Source: a virus. From it: a stretch of DNA of 49,203 nt. A program made the position numbers and the translations under genes. The stretch lies in the IMG/VR virus record IMGVR_UViG_3300025875_000043. The stretch is one strand, 5' to 3'. The notes below the pieces were generated by a model, which did not search any database, was not told where the DNA came from, and saw only the letters and a program-made list of their open reading frames with translations. Below are positions 24,049 to 31,601 of this stretch, piece by piece; position 1 is the first letter of the stretch, and each line of letters starts with the position of its first letter.

Positions 24049-24183
24049 ATGAACTATGCCGAAGCTAGCTATTTTGATGGCGCACATTTTCAGCATATCG
24101 CCGCTTATGTTGAGAATAACCGGTTAAAAGCCATTGACAACGCCAATCGTCAGTTGGTAAGCCGGCTTTCTCAACAACGTTAG
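24049..24183 (+). CDS. Hypothetical small protein (44 aa)
   Basis: Hand-translated as MNYAEASYFDGAHFQHIAAYVENNRLKAIDNANRQLVSRLSQQR. A strong SD (TTAAGGAGCCTGACCG) precedes the ATG. Confidence 0.45.
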   Translation: MNYAEASYFDGAHFQHIAAYVENNRLKAIDNANRQLVSRLSQQR

Positions 24184-24194
24184 GGACCGGGCCA

Positions 24195-24308
24195 ATGAAG
24201 AAAGTTAATGGTGTCAAGCCAATGCCGGTTGTGCCGGCTTGCACTGTGTGTCATCGTGAGTTTTCCAGCAAGTATGAACGGAAAACCCATGTATGCCGGC
24301 CGAAGTGA
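24195..24308 (+). CDS. Hypothetical 37-aa zinc-finger-like peptide
   Basis: MKKVNGVKPMPVVPACTVCHREFSSKYERKTHVCRPK has the pattern C-x2-C-x12-H-x-C. It is preceded by AGGGACCGGGCCA. Confidence 0.4.
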   Translation: MKKVNGVKPMPVVPACTVCHREFSSKYERKTHVCRPK

Positions 24309-24478
24309 CTTATAGCGCCAGCGAAGGTTTACCAACGGCACCGGGCCGGTTCGTCATTCGACGGGCCGGCCTTTTGGTGCGTGGCGAAGATGCCTTGCCG
24401 GTGTTATATCCAACCTTGGCGGCGGCACAGACTGAAGCCGATAAGTTGGCAAAGGAAGAAGCCGATGAAGATGCTTAA
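24293..24478 (+). CDS. Hypothetical protein (61 aa), acidic C-terminus
   Basis: ATG ORF overlapping both neighbours. No motif recognised. Confidence 0.4.
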   Translation: MPAEVTYSASEGLPTAPGRFVIRRAGLLVRGEDALPVLYPTLAAAQTEADKLAKEEADEDA

Positions 24479-24986
24479 AGAAGCCCCGGTTATCGTCACT
24501 TGTTTTGGCAAGAACGGCGAAAACAACCCGAAAGGGCCGGCCGCATTAGCCGGCCAGTTGGCAGTTATTGAAGCCGCCGTTAAGCGCGTGCGCGCTCAAT
24601 ATGGCCTTGCGCCGAAAGATGGCGGCGATTTGCGTAAAGTTGCTGAAGACATATGGGCGCTTGACGAACCGATTGGCCTTCACACAGACGGCACAGCGCC
24701 AGGGCATCGCGTTATTGGCCTTGTGCTTATCAACGAACCCGGCTTGTGCTTGTTCGCTGAAAACGTGGTGTATGATTTGCCGGTTGGCACAGTCTATCAC
24801 ATTGATGGCCACCGCCGACACGGCGCGTTGGCACGCAATGAAGTTCAGCGTGGCAAGCTGTTCGCTTTCTTGGCATGGGACGTGCCTAGCCAAACTCCGA
24901 TTGCGGAATTGTTGGCGGACCTGTTGCCTTCGCTTGAAGCTTACGCTAAGGGCGAAGTTCGGGTGAACATTTTGAAGGAACCCTAA
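24465..24986 (+). CDS. Hypothetical protein with a possible 2OG-Fe(II) oxygenase / cupin-type HxD...H motif
   Basis: ATG 24465 is preceded by AAAGGAAGAAGCCG. GLHTDG ... YHIDGHRRHG are spaced about 50 aa apart. Confidence 0.3.
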   Translation: MKMLKEAPVIVTCFGKNGENNPKGPAALAGQLAVIEAAVKRVRAQYGLAPKDGGDLRKVAEDIWALDEPIGLHTDGTAPGHRVIGLVLINEPGLCLFAENVVYDLPVGTVYHIDGHRRHGALARNEVQRGKLFAFLAWDVPSQTPIAELLADLLPSLEAYAKGEVRVNILKEP

Positions 24987-25118
24987 CTATGAACGTCGCT
25001 ATTCTGACCCGGAAGGTTGCCGTTGGCGTCTTTCTTGGCAATACCGCCTTTGCCGTTGTGGCGGCGTTCGTGGTTGCCATCATCCGCCCTTAGCAGGGCA
25101 ACACAAGGAACCGGGCAA

Positions 25119-25295
25119 ATGATGAAAGTTCGTGTAACGACGGTTGACGTTGCCACTGGCAAACAACGCGGTGAAAGCAAGGTTATTAACTATGACCGGC
25201 CGAACGCGCGTAAGTGGTTGGCGTCGCATTGCCTTTGGGCATACAACAACGGCTTTGGTGTGGCGACGTGCAACGTTGCCGATGAAGCCAAGTGA
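25119..25295 (+). CDS. Hypothetical protein (58 aa)
   Basis: ATG is preceded by AAGGAACCGGGCAA. Confidence 0.5.
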   Translation: MMKVRVTTVDVATGKQRGESKVINYDRPNARKWLASHCLWAYNNGFGVATCNVADEAK

Positions 25296-25522
25296 ATACC
25301 GCTGAAGCCATTGCCCACGTCGAAGGCGGCGGGCGGGCAACGTGCGATGCCTTGCCAACCGGGGCCGTGCTGAAGACCGAACCACGCGGTTGGGCGCAAT
25401 CCCGCCCGCGCGTTATATGGGAAGGCACAGGCGATGGCTTCGACCTGACCCCGCGCTTGTGTGACCTGGCCGAAGGGATGGAGTGGCGCAAGGTCGAAGG
25501 TTGGGCGGCATATGCAAACTAG
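25292..25522 (+). CDS. Hypothetical protein (76 aa)
   Basis: GTGA overlap with the upstream stop. Confidence 0.45.
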   Translation: MNTAEAIAHVEGGGRATCDALPTGAVLKTEPRGWAQSRPRVIWEGTGDGFDLTPRLCDLAEGMEWRKVEGWAAYAN

Positions 25523-25667
25523 CCGCCGATGCTGGCAATCTAAAGTCATAGCTGGCAAGAAGCGTTGGGTTCCATGCAAGAAGCCGCCTTATTGCCGGCC
25601 TTTGTCTTGGTCAGCAAGCTTCTTTGACGCATGGCTTGAAAGGAAATATGGTTATGGCCCGAACTGA
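25512..25667 (+). CDS. Possible small basic protein (51 aa)
   Basis: ATG 25512 overlaps the upstream gene. The product is Lys/Arg/Cys-rich. Weak support. Confidence 0.25.
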   Translation: MQTSRRCWQSKVIAGKKRWVPCKKPPYCRPLSWSASFFDAWLERKYGYGPN

Positions 25668-25866
25668 ATTGATCCTGAAGGTTGATACCAAGGACATTAT
25701 GCACCGAATGCGCGACGAAATGCGCGTTGTCTTTGAAGCCGGTTGGGATGCAATGCGCGCGTCAATGAAGGCCGAAGTCGGCGCTGACTACGCCAAGCGT
25801 GAAGACTTGCTTGAAGCGGCTTGGCTAGCTTTTGAAGCAAAGGTGTTCGACAATGGCGGCGCTTGA
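25648..25866 (+). CDS. Hypothetical protein (about 72 aa)
   Basis: AAAGGAAAT precedes two ATGs (25648 and 25654). Confidence 0.5.
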   Translation: MVMARTELILKVDTKDIMHRMRDEMRVVFEAGWDAMRASMKAEVGADYAKREDLLEAAWLAFEAKVFDNGGA

Positions 25867-26410
25867 TCCTTGGTCATATGCGGCGAAAACCCGCAAGGAA
25901 CACGCCGAACAAGTCGCGCTGTTCAAGTGGGCAAATATGGCCCGCTTGTTCGGCCCGATTATCGCCAATAGTCCGCTGGCATACAACTTGAAGGGTTGGG
26001 CGCGTCAGCAACACGACAATTGGAAAGACACGCCTGGCGCGCAACCTATGCCTGAACTGAAGTGGTTGCACGCGGTTCATAATCAAGGCCACGGTGACGC
26101 CATACGCGGCGCACAGGCCAAGGCCGAAGGCGTCAAGGCTGGCGTTGGTGACGTGTTTTTGCCGCATCCCCGTTATCCTGGCCTTATTGCGTCGCGGCTG
26201 ATTAGCGCGCTGCCTTACGCGGTGCCTGAAACTGCTAACGCTTATGCTGGCCTTTATATGGAATTGAAGCGCAAAGACGCCGGCAAGCCGTCTGACATTC
26301 AGCTAGAGTTTCAAGCCGATATGCGAACTGCCGGCTATAAAAGTGAAATTATCCACGGTTGGGAACTTGCGCGCGACGAATTGTTGGCGTATCTAGGTCG
26401 CACAACGTAA
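25853..26410 (+). CDS. VRR-NUC domain nuclease (PD-(D/E)XK)
   Basis: GVKAGVGDVFLP ... GLYMELKRKDAGKPSDIQLEFQ ... GYKSEIIHGWELA. The D...ELK core is typical of VRR-NUC. Confidence 0.65.
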   Translation: MAALDPWSYAAKTRKEHAEQVALFKWANMARLFGPIIANSPLAYNLKGWARQQHDNWKDTPGAQPMPELKWLHAVHNQGHGDAIRGAQAKAEGVKAGVGDVFLPHPRYPGLIASRLISALPYAVPETANAYAGLYMELKRKDAGKPSDIQLEFQADMRTAGYKSEIIHGWELARDELLAYLGRTT

Positions 26411-26426
26411 CTGAAGGGATACAGCA

Positions 26427-26519
26427 ATGCCGACTAAGTTTTTGGCCGTTTGGAAGCCGGTTGTTTGGGTTGGCGTTTCGGCCGCGCTTTGGGTCGGCTT
26501 TGCTGCCCTTGTTTTTTAA
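26427..26519 (+). CDS. Possible 30-aa single-pass membrane peptide
   Basis: MPTKFLAVWKPVVWVGVSAALWVGFAALVF. SD GAAGGGA lies 7 nt upstream. Confidence 0.35.
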   Translation: MPTKFLAVWKPVVWVGVSAALWVGFAALVF

Positions 26520-26530
26520 GGCGCTGGCAT

Positions 26531-26671
26531 ATGACCCTTCATAAGCTTAACGCATATGTTGCTGGCAATGGCTTTACGGCTGAAGTTGACGGTGACGCCA
26601 TGACGGCAACCATTTTTAACCGGGCGGGCAGTCGCGTTATGACTGTTTCGCTGAAACAAGGGAGCAACTAA
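26531..26671 (+). CDS. Hypothetical protein (46 aa)
   Basis: ATG ORF filling the gap before mazG. Confidence 0.4.
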   Translation: MTLHKLNAYVAGNGFTAEVDGDAMTATIFNRAGSRVMTVSLKQGSN

Positions 26672-26672
26672 T

Positions 26673-27533
26673 ATGGGCGAATATCTGAACAGCGGTAAGC
26701 AAGTCATGCACCGCAATTTTGAAGAAGGTGGCCAAGCACCTTTGACCCATATTGCCGATGCTGGTGACAATGAAAAAGCGCACTTTTTGGCGACCGCCGC
26801 AAACGCCTTTGATGCAAGCCGCGAAGCCGCCGCCAACATCATGGCTGACGAACCGCTGGCGTTGTTGCCGGCTTATGACTATATCAGCGAAGCCCGCGTG
26901 ACGCTTTCGCCTTCTTGGCATGGTGAAAAGGTCAGTCGCGCCAACTTTGTGGAACGCCTGAACGCGGCGATTGATGCGGCTAACCGGCTTGATATGGTCA
27001 AGAAGACCTTGTTTTATGGCCGCGACAACAACCTTGACGGCGCGCTTGGCCAGGCGAACCTTCGCGGCTTGCCGCACATGATCGGTGGCGATGGCACGCC
27101 GGCATTGGCGGCTAATGTTGAAAGCAATGTCAATATCATTCATGGCATCATTGGCGCTTTCACGGAAGCCGGCGAACTGTTGGAAGCAATGCGAACCGCC
27201 ATCAACAGCGGTCAGCCGTTCGACAAGGTGAACCTGAAGGAAGAAGTTGGCGACCTGTTTTGGTATCTGGCCGTTATTGCCCACGAATGCGGCTTTAACT
27301 TTGAAGGCGCACAGCGCGTCAATATCGCCAAGCTTCGCGCCCGCTTCCCGGATGCGTTCACCGAACACGACGCGAACAACCGGAACCTTGGCGTTGAACG
27401 CCAGGTGCTTGAAGCCGGTGTGCCGCGCGACATTGCCGAACAGGCTTTGCCGGCGCATTATCGCACGCGGCGGATGGATGGCGAACGCAACTTGGACGGC
27501 AACGCCATCGAAGCGCAAAAACCGACTTCCTGA
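26673..27533 (+). CDS. mazG: MazG-like nucleoside triphosphate pyrophosphohydrolase with an N-terminal extension of about 140 aa
   Basis: IHGIIGAFTEAGELLEAM ... NLKEEVGDLFWYLAVIAHECGF ... NIAKLRARFP. Confidence 0.7.
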   Translation: MGEYLNSGKQVMHRNFEEGGQAPLTHIADAGDNEKAHFLATAANAFDASREAAANIMADEPLALLPAYDYISEARVTLSPSWHGEKVSRANFVERLNAAIDAANRLDMVKKTLFYGRDNNLDGALGQANLRGLPHMIGGDGTPALAANVESNVNIIHGIIGAFTEAGELLEAMRTAINSGQPFDKVNLKEEVGDLFWYLAVIAHECGFNFEGAQRVNIAKLRARFPDAFTEHDANNRNLGVERQVLEAGVPRDIAEQALPAHYRTRRMDGERNLDGNAIEAQKPTS

Positions 27534-27624
27534 AATTTAGTCGTTGACAGCCGGAAAGACGGCTATAAGGTCCAAATCTGCAACGGCGTTGAACCGGGCA
27601 ACAACACTTGAAGGGAATATGAAG

Positions 27625-28287
27625 ATGGCCAAGGCACCGACCCCCACGCGCACCCCCGTTACGGCAACCGGCGTTGCGTTGCTGGCACTGATTGCCGCCG
27701 CTGGCGGAACCATGATGCTGACCCAGGCCGAAGGCCAGGACATTATCGCGGCCGGCGATGCCACGGTTGACACCACCAAGACCGAAGGCGACACGGCGGC
27801 GGTTTCGTTGACCGAAGCTGGCCAGGCCAAGGTTGATGCCGAGAACGGCAAGCCCACCGGCACCGAAGGCGACACGGCGGCGGTTTCCGGCACGTTCGAC
27901 ATTGACGACAGCGTGCCCATGCCTGGCGCTTCGACGCGGGGCCGTTCGGGCGGCTATCCGTTCGACAAGCTGGAAGTCGGCCAGTCGTTCCACGTCGCCA
28001 AGTCGGCGGACAACCCCACGCCGGCTGACCGCCTGGCGTCGTCGGTCAGCGGTGCGCGCACCAAGTATTCGACCGACACAGGCGAAACCGAAGAAGTCAC
28101 GGTGAAGACCTACAAGAAGGGCGAGAACGGCAAGGGCTTTGCCAAGGATGCGGACGGCAAGCGCATCGTGGAAAGCGAAACCAAGGCGACCCGCCCCAAG
28201 CTGAAGGTCACGCGCGACTTCACGGTGAAGACCGTTGGCGCGGATGATCCGCGCGGCGAAGGTGCCCGCGTGTGGCGCACCGCCTAA
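27625..28287 (+). CDS. Hypothetical protein (220 aa) with a hydrophobic N-terminal segment and an internal TEGDTAAVS repeat
   Basis: GAAGGGAAT precedes ATG 27619/27625. A terminator follows. Confidence 0.55.
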   Translation: MAKAPTPTRTPVTATGVALLALIAAAGGTMMLTQAEGQDIIAAGDATVDTTKTEGDTAAVSLTEAGQAKVDAENGKPTGTEGDTAAVSGTFDIDDSVPMPGASTRGRSGGYPFDKLEVGQSFHVAKSADNPTPADRLASSVSGARTKYSTDTGETEEVTVKTYKKGENGKGFAKDADGKRIVESETKATRPKLKVTRDFTVKTVGADDPRGEGARVWRTA

Positions 28288-28331
28288 GTCGCCGGCTGGC
28301 GGCGTAACAGCCGCCAATCGCGCGCTTTCAG

Positions 28332-28370
28332 GGGCCGCTAGGGAGCAATCCTTAGCGGCCCTTTCCTTTG
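28332..28370 (+). terminator. Intrinsic terminator ending the early/accessory operon
   Basis: gggccgcta-(12-nt loop)-tagcggccc followed by tttcctttg. Confidence 0.7.
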
Positions 28371-28435
28371 CGCTCTGTTCGCGCTACACCGCTTCGCCAT
28401 CGGCCCTGTGTGGGCAGCGATGGAGCAACCGGGCC

Positions 28436-28714
28436 ATGAACAACCGCCATAACGTCATTGCGTATCTGGCGACGCTGCTAGCCATTGTGGTGTTGGCCCT
28501 GGCCGGTGCCGGGGTGTGCATCGCTGCTAACGCCAACACTGAAGTTGGCCTTTCGCGCATCATTGGCGCGCTGGCGTTCATCGGTGCGGCCATTGCCGGT
28601 CTTACTGGCGTTATTGGCACCTTCAAGGCGACGCAATCGGCAACCACCACACAGAACGTCACCAACGCTGAAACCGTCACCGCGCCGGCTGGCGCTGAAG
28701 GCGGTGCGAAGTGA
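28436..28714 (+). CDS. Putative holin (92 aa, two predicted TM helices)
   Basis: VIAYLATLLAIVVLALAGAGVCIA and IIGALAFIGAAIAGLTGVIG. It lies directly upstream of, and overlapping, the endolysin. Confidence 0.55.
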   Translation: MNNRHNVIAYLATLLAIVVLALAGAGVCIAANANTEVGLSRIIGALAFIGAAIAGLTGVIGTFKATQSATTTQNVTNAETVTAPAGAEGGAK

Positions 28715-29451
28715 CGGCGCTTAGCTATAAGCCGTCATTGTCAATGGTGCTGTCACATGAAGGCGGTTACGTCAATCATCCGGCGGACCCTGGCGGGCCA
28801 ACCAACAACGGTATAACCCAACGGGTCTATGACGCTTATAGGAAGCTGAAGGGTTTGCCGGTTCAATCGGTAAAGCTTATCAGTTCCACCGAAGTTGCCG
28901 ACATTTATAATCGGCAATACTGGAAACTTATGCGAGGCGATGACTTGCCCGCTGGCCTTGATTACGCTGTGTTTGACTTTGCGGTCAATTCTGGCACGTC
29001 ACGAGCCATTCGTTATCTTCAGCGGCTTGTTGGCGTCAATGATGATGCTGTGCTTGGTGACGACACCCTTGGCGCTGTATATGAAGCGGCCAAGAAGAAC
29101 GAAGAAGCCTTGATTATCTCTTACTGTGCGAACCGCCTTCAGTTCTTGAAGTCGCTGGCCACATTCCCCACATTTGGCAAGGGTTGGTGCCGTCGCGTTA
29201 TCGGCAACATTGCTGGCGTGCAAAAGAACGATGTTGGCGTTGTTGACGCCGCCGTTTACATGGCCCGCGCCGACTTCACTTATATATTGCCGGCGGCAAT
29301 CGGCACCAAGCCGGAAGAATTACCGGCCAAAGCTATCGCGCCGGAAGTTGACCGCGACGTGTTCCCGTTGGCAACTCCGGCAACTTTGGAGGAACTGACC
29401 AAAGACAACGATATGTTGGCGGCGGTCATTGCGCTTAGCATGGTGAACTAA
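28711..29451 (+). CDS. Endolysin: GH108 muramidase plus PG_binding_3 domain
   Basis: LSHEGGYVNHPADPGGPTNNGIT (GH108 signature), then AVNSGTSRAIRYLQRLVGVNDDAVLGDDTL. Confidence 0.85.
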   Translation: MTALSYKPSLSMVLSHEGGYVNHPADPGGPTNNGITQRVYDAYRKLKGLPVQSVKLISSTEVADIYNRQYWKLMRGDDLPAGLDYAVFDFAVNSGTSRAIRYLQRLVGVNDDAVLGDDTLGAVYEAAKKNEEALIISYCANRLQFLKSLATFPTFGKGWCRRVIGNIAGVQKNDVGVVDAAVYMARADFTYILPAAIGTKPEELPAKAIAPEVDRDVFPLATPATLEELTKDNDMLAAVIALSMVN

Positions 29452-29666
29452 TGACTGACGCGGCTATTGGCATTCTGTTGCAATACGGCTTAGCCGGTGT
29501 TGGCTTGTTGGCGTTGGGTATCGCTTATGTTCGCAAGGACAAGAAGCTTGACGAAACCCAAGAAAAGCGAATTGCTGAAAGCCGTGAAACGGTCAAGGCA
29601 ATTGAACAGAATACCAACACACTTGAAATGCTTACTGAAGTGATCCGCGATAGGAAGCTTGGCTAA
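29451..29666 (+). CDS. Type-II membrane protein with a coiled-coil (i-spanin-like or holin accessory)
   Basis: N-terminal TM GILLQYGLAGVGLLALGIAYV, then a charged helix. Confidence 0.4.
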   Translation: MTDAAIGILLQYGLAGVGLLALGIAYVRKDKKLDETQEKRIAESRETVKAIEQNTNTLEMLTEVIRDRKLG

Positions 29667-29860
29667 TGATCGGGAAGGCACTAACTATGTTCGCAAATCT
29701 ATTCCACACAGCCCCGGCCCGCGAACGGCCGAAGCCTGACCCCATATCCGCTCACCTTGTGGTTGCTCGCCAACGTAACGAACGCGCCAGCGAAAACGCG
29801 CGACAAGCTTTGGCGGAATTGCTAGACCGTAACGACACGCTGAAAGGGTCGCGGCAATGA
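29666..29860 (+). CDS. Hypothetical protein (64 aa)
   Basis: TAATG overlap upstream and ATGA overlap downstream. Confidence 0.4.
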   Translation: MIGKALTMFANLFHTAPARERPKPDPISAHLVVARQRNERASENARQALAELLDRNDTLKGSRQ

Positions 29861-30357
29861 ACTTCACACGTTTCCGGCTAGCCATGTGGGCAACAATTGC
29901 TTTGGCATTTTTTGGTGTGCTTCAGGTTTGTATTCCTGATCGTGCGCTTATCGCCATTTTGAACGGTGTGTTTCTTGGCGTTATCGTTGCTATTGCCATC
30001 GTTTATACGCCGTTAGTTTGGTACACTTTGCGGGGTGCCCGAATGGATCGGGTTAGCCAACTGTCAACTGGCATTGCTTTACTTTGGCTTTCGACTGCTA
30101 TTCAGCGGGCTTGGTCGTTTTATTTTCGTTATCAAGGTGCGCCGCCTAGCCTTATGGATAGTTGGGTTGTTAGTTTTGTGGCGTATCTAGCAATTATTGG
30201 CGGTGCGTTGTTCGTGACCGCGCCAGGCTATCCGTCTTCGACTGCCAACACATCAATTGAACTTTGGGGCGCTAATCGCAAGTTGCTGTTGACCTTGGGG
30301 GCAATCGGCGGTTTAACGACTTTTGCTTTGTCGGTTTATCCCGGCATACGCATTTGA
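29857..30357 (+). CDS. Polytopic inner-membrane protein (166 aa, about 5 TM)
   Basis: Successive hydrophobic helices are visible in the translation. Confidence 0.55.
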   Translation: MNFTRFRLAMWATIALAFFGVLQVCIPDRALIAILNGVFLGVIVAIAIVYTPLVWYTLRGARMDRVSQLSTGIALLWLSTAIQRAWSFYFRYQGAPPSLMDSWVVSFVAYLAIIGGALFVTAPGYPSSTANTSIELWGANRKLLLTLGAIGGLTTFALSVYPGIRI

Positions 30358-30370
30358 TGGAGGAAGACCT

Positions 30371-30772
30371 ATGCGACTTTCATTCTTTGGCCTGACCGCC
30401 GCCTTGGCCTTGGCGGCTTGCAATACCGGTGTCAGCGTGCCGCCCGCGTCCAACAGCACCGAACCCGCCCCTGTGGTCACCGCCAGCCCCACGCCGGCCC
30501 CTGTGGCGTGTGTGGTGACGGCGGTTGCCATGTATGGCGTCGAAGCCGCCTATAACGTGCCCGCGCACGCTTACGTCACCGCCGACGCGACGCCGGCCCT
30601 GGCCAGCCGTTTCGCCGCCGTGAAGCCGCGCGCCAAGGTGTTCCTGACTGCCTCCTATGACGCGCTGAAGAAGGCACGCCTTCTTTACAAGGCCGGCGAC
30701 CTGACGTTTTGCGCGGCGTCGGATGCGGTCAAGTTCAACGCGGATGAAGCCAACCGGCTTATCCCCAAGTAA
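30371..30772 (+). CDS. Lipoprotein (133 aa): o-spanin candidate or superinfection-exclusion lipoprotein
   Basis: MRLSFFGLTAALALAAC contains the lipobox LAAC. GGAGGAAGACCT precedes the ATG. Confidence 0.6.
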   Translation: MRLSFFGLTAALALAACNTGVSVPPASNSTEPAPVVTASPTPAPVACVVTAVAMYGVEAAYNVPAHAYVTADATPALASRFAAVKPRAKVFLTASYDALKKARLLYKAGDLTFCAASDAVKFNADEANRLIPK

Positions 30773-30786
30773 GGAAGGGCTGAACA

Positions 30787-31062
30787 ATGTTCGACGTTAC
30801 CGAAGTCTTGAAGGGACTGCAAGCCGCGCTTGACACCGCGAAGAACCTGGCACCCGTTGCACAGGCGCTTGGAATGCCGGCCGAAGTGGCCGTTATCGCC
30901 AATGTGGCAAGTGCCGCCGCTGACGTGGCCAACAACATTGCGCAGCGGATCGAAGATGGCCGCATTGTGGCCAGCAACGAAGACGCGGCGGCTGTGCGTT
31001 CGATCCTGGCGGACCTTCAGGCCGAAAACGACAACCTGGCGCGGATTGTCGGCGCAAGCTGA
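30787..31062 (+). CDS. Hypothetical helical protein (91 aa)
   Basis: ATG ORF followed by a terminator. Confidence 0.5.
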   Translation: MFDVTEVLKGLQAALDTAKNLAPVAQALGMPAEVAVIANVASAAADVANNIAQRIEDGRIVASNEDAAAVRSILADLQAENDNLARIVGAS

Positions 31063-31088
31063 CACACCGGCCAGTTGGTCAAAAAGTC

Positions 31089-31119
31089 AAGGGCGGGCCG
31101 AAAGGTTCGCCCTTTTCTT
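31089..31119 (+). terminator. Intrinsic terminator after the lysis block
   Basis: aagggcg-(12-nt loop)-cgccctt followed by ttctt. Confidence 0.6.
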
Positions 31120-31163
31120 ATGTCACCATTGCCTTGACAACGCCGTGTTATTAGGTTCGCGTT

Positions 31164-31601
31164 ATGTGGAACACCGCGCCTTTAATCTTTGAAGACGAAG
31201 ACGAAGAAAAGCTATTGGCTGACTTCGTGAAGTATTCCGCAATTCATAAAGACCGCGACCCCTTTGAAATTGCGGCTTATGTGTTCCGCAACCAACGTGA
31301 CCCTGAACTTCGCGCCCAACAAGCCGCCATGATTTGGGCGAAAGACATTGACGTTGCTGAACGCATCCGACTTGCGCGGCTTAACGGCGGTGCTGAAGGT
31401 TCGGTTATTCCAACCAAAGAACAGCGGATGCGCCAGCTTCAAGAAATGTTTGAAGACGTTACTTTGCCGGTCAAGGAACGTATCGCGGCGCAACGGCTGT
31501 TGTCTGAAATGGCTGGCGATATTGTAAAGGCCGTTGACAAGAACGTTACCACTGGCAAACGCCAGCCCCGCCAAGTCATCTACGCCAAATATGATGACTG
31601 A
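31164..31601 (+). CDS. Putative terminase small subunit
   Basis: 145 aa, directly upstream of and overlapping TerL. Called by position only. Confidence 0.45.
   Translation: MWNTAPLIFEDEDEEKLLADFVKYSAIHKDRDPFEIAAYVFRNQRDPELRAQQAAMIWAKDIDVAERIRLARLNGGAEGSVIPTKEQRMRQLQEMFEDVTLPVKERIAAQRLLSEMAGDIVKAVDKNVTTGKRQPRQVIYAKYDD

Noticed and set aside
26637-28317. Two long minus-strand ORFs (293 and 319 aa) antisense to mazG and the downstream gene
   Set aside because: These are Arg/Ala-rich antisense frames, and the sense frames carry recognisable motifs (MazG) and SD sequences.
29451-29860. ORFs 29451..29666 and 29666..29860 as one i-spanin split by a frameshift
   Set aside because: The TAATG junction is a normal coupled stop/start, there is no slippery run, and nothing in the sequence demands a fusion.
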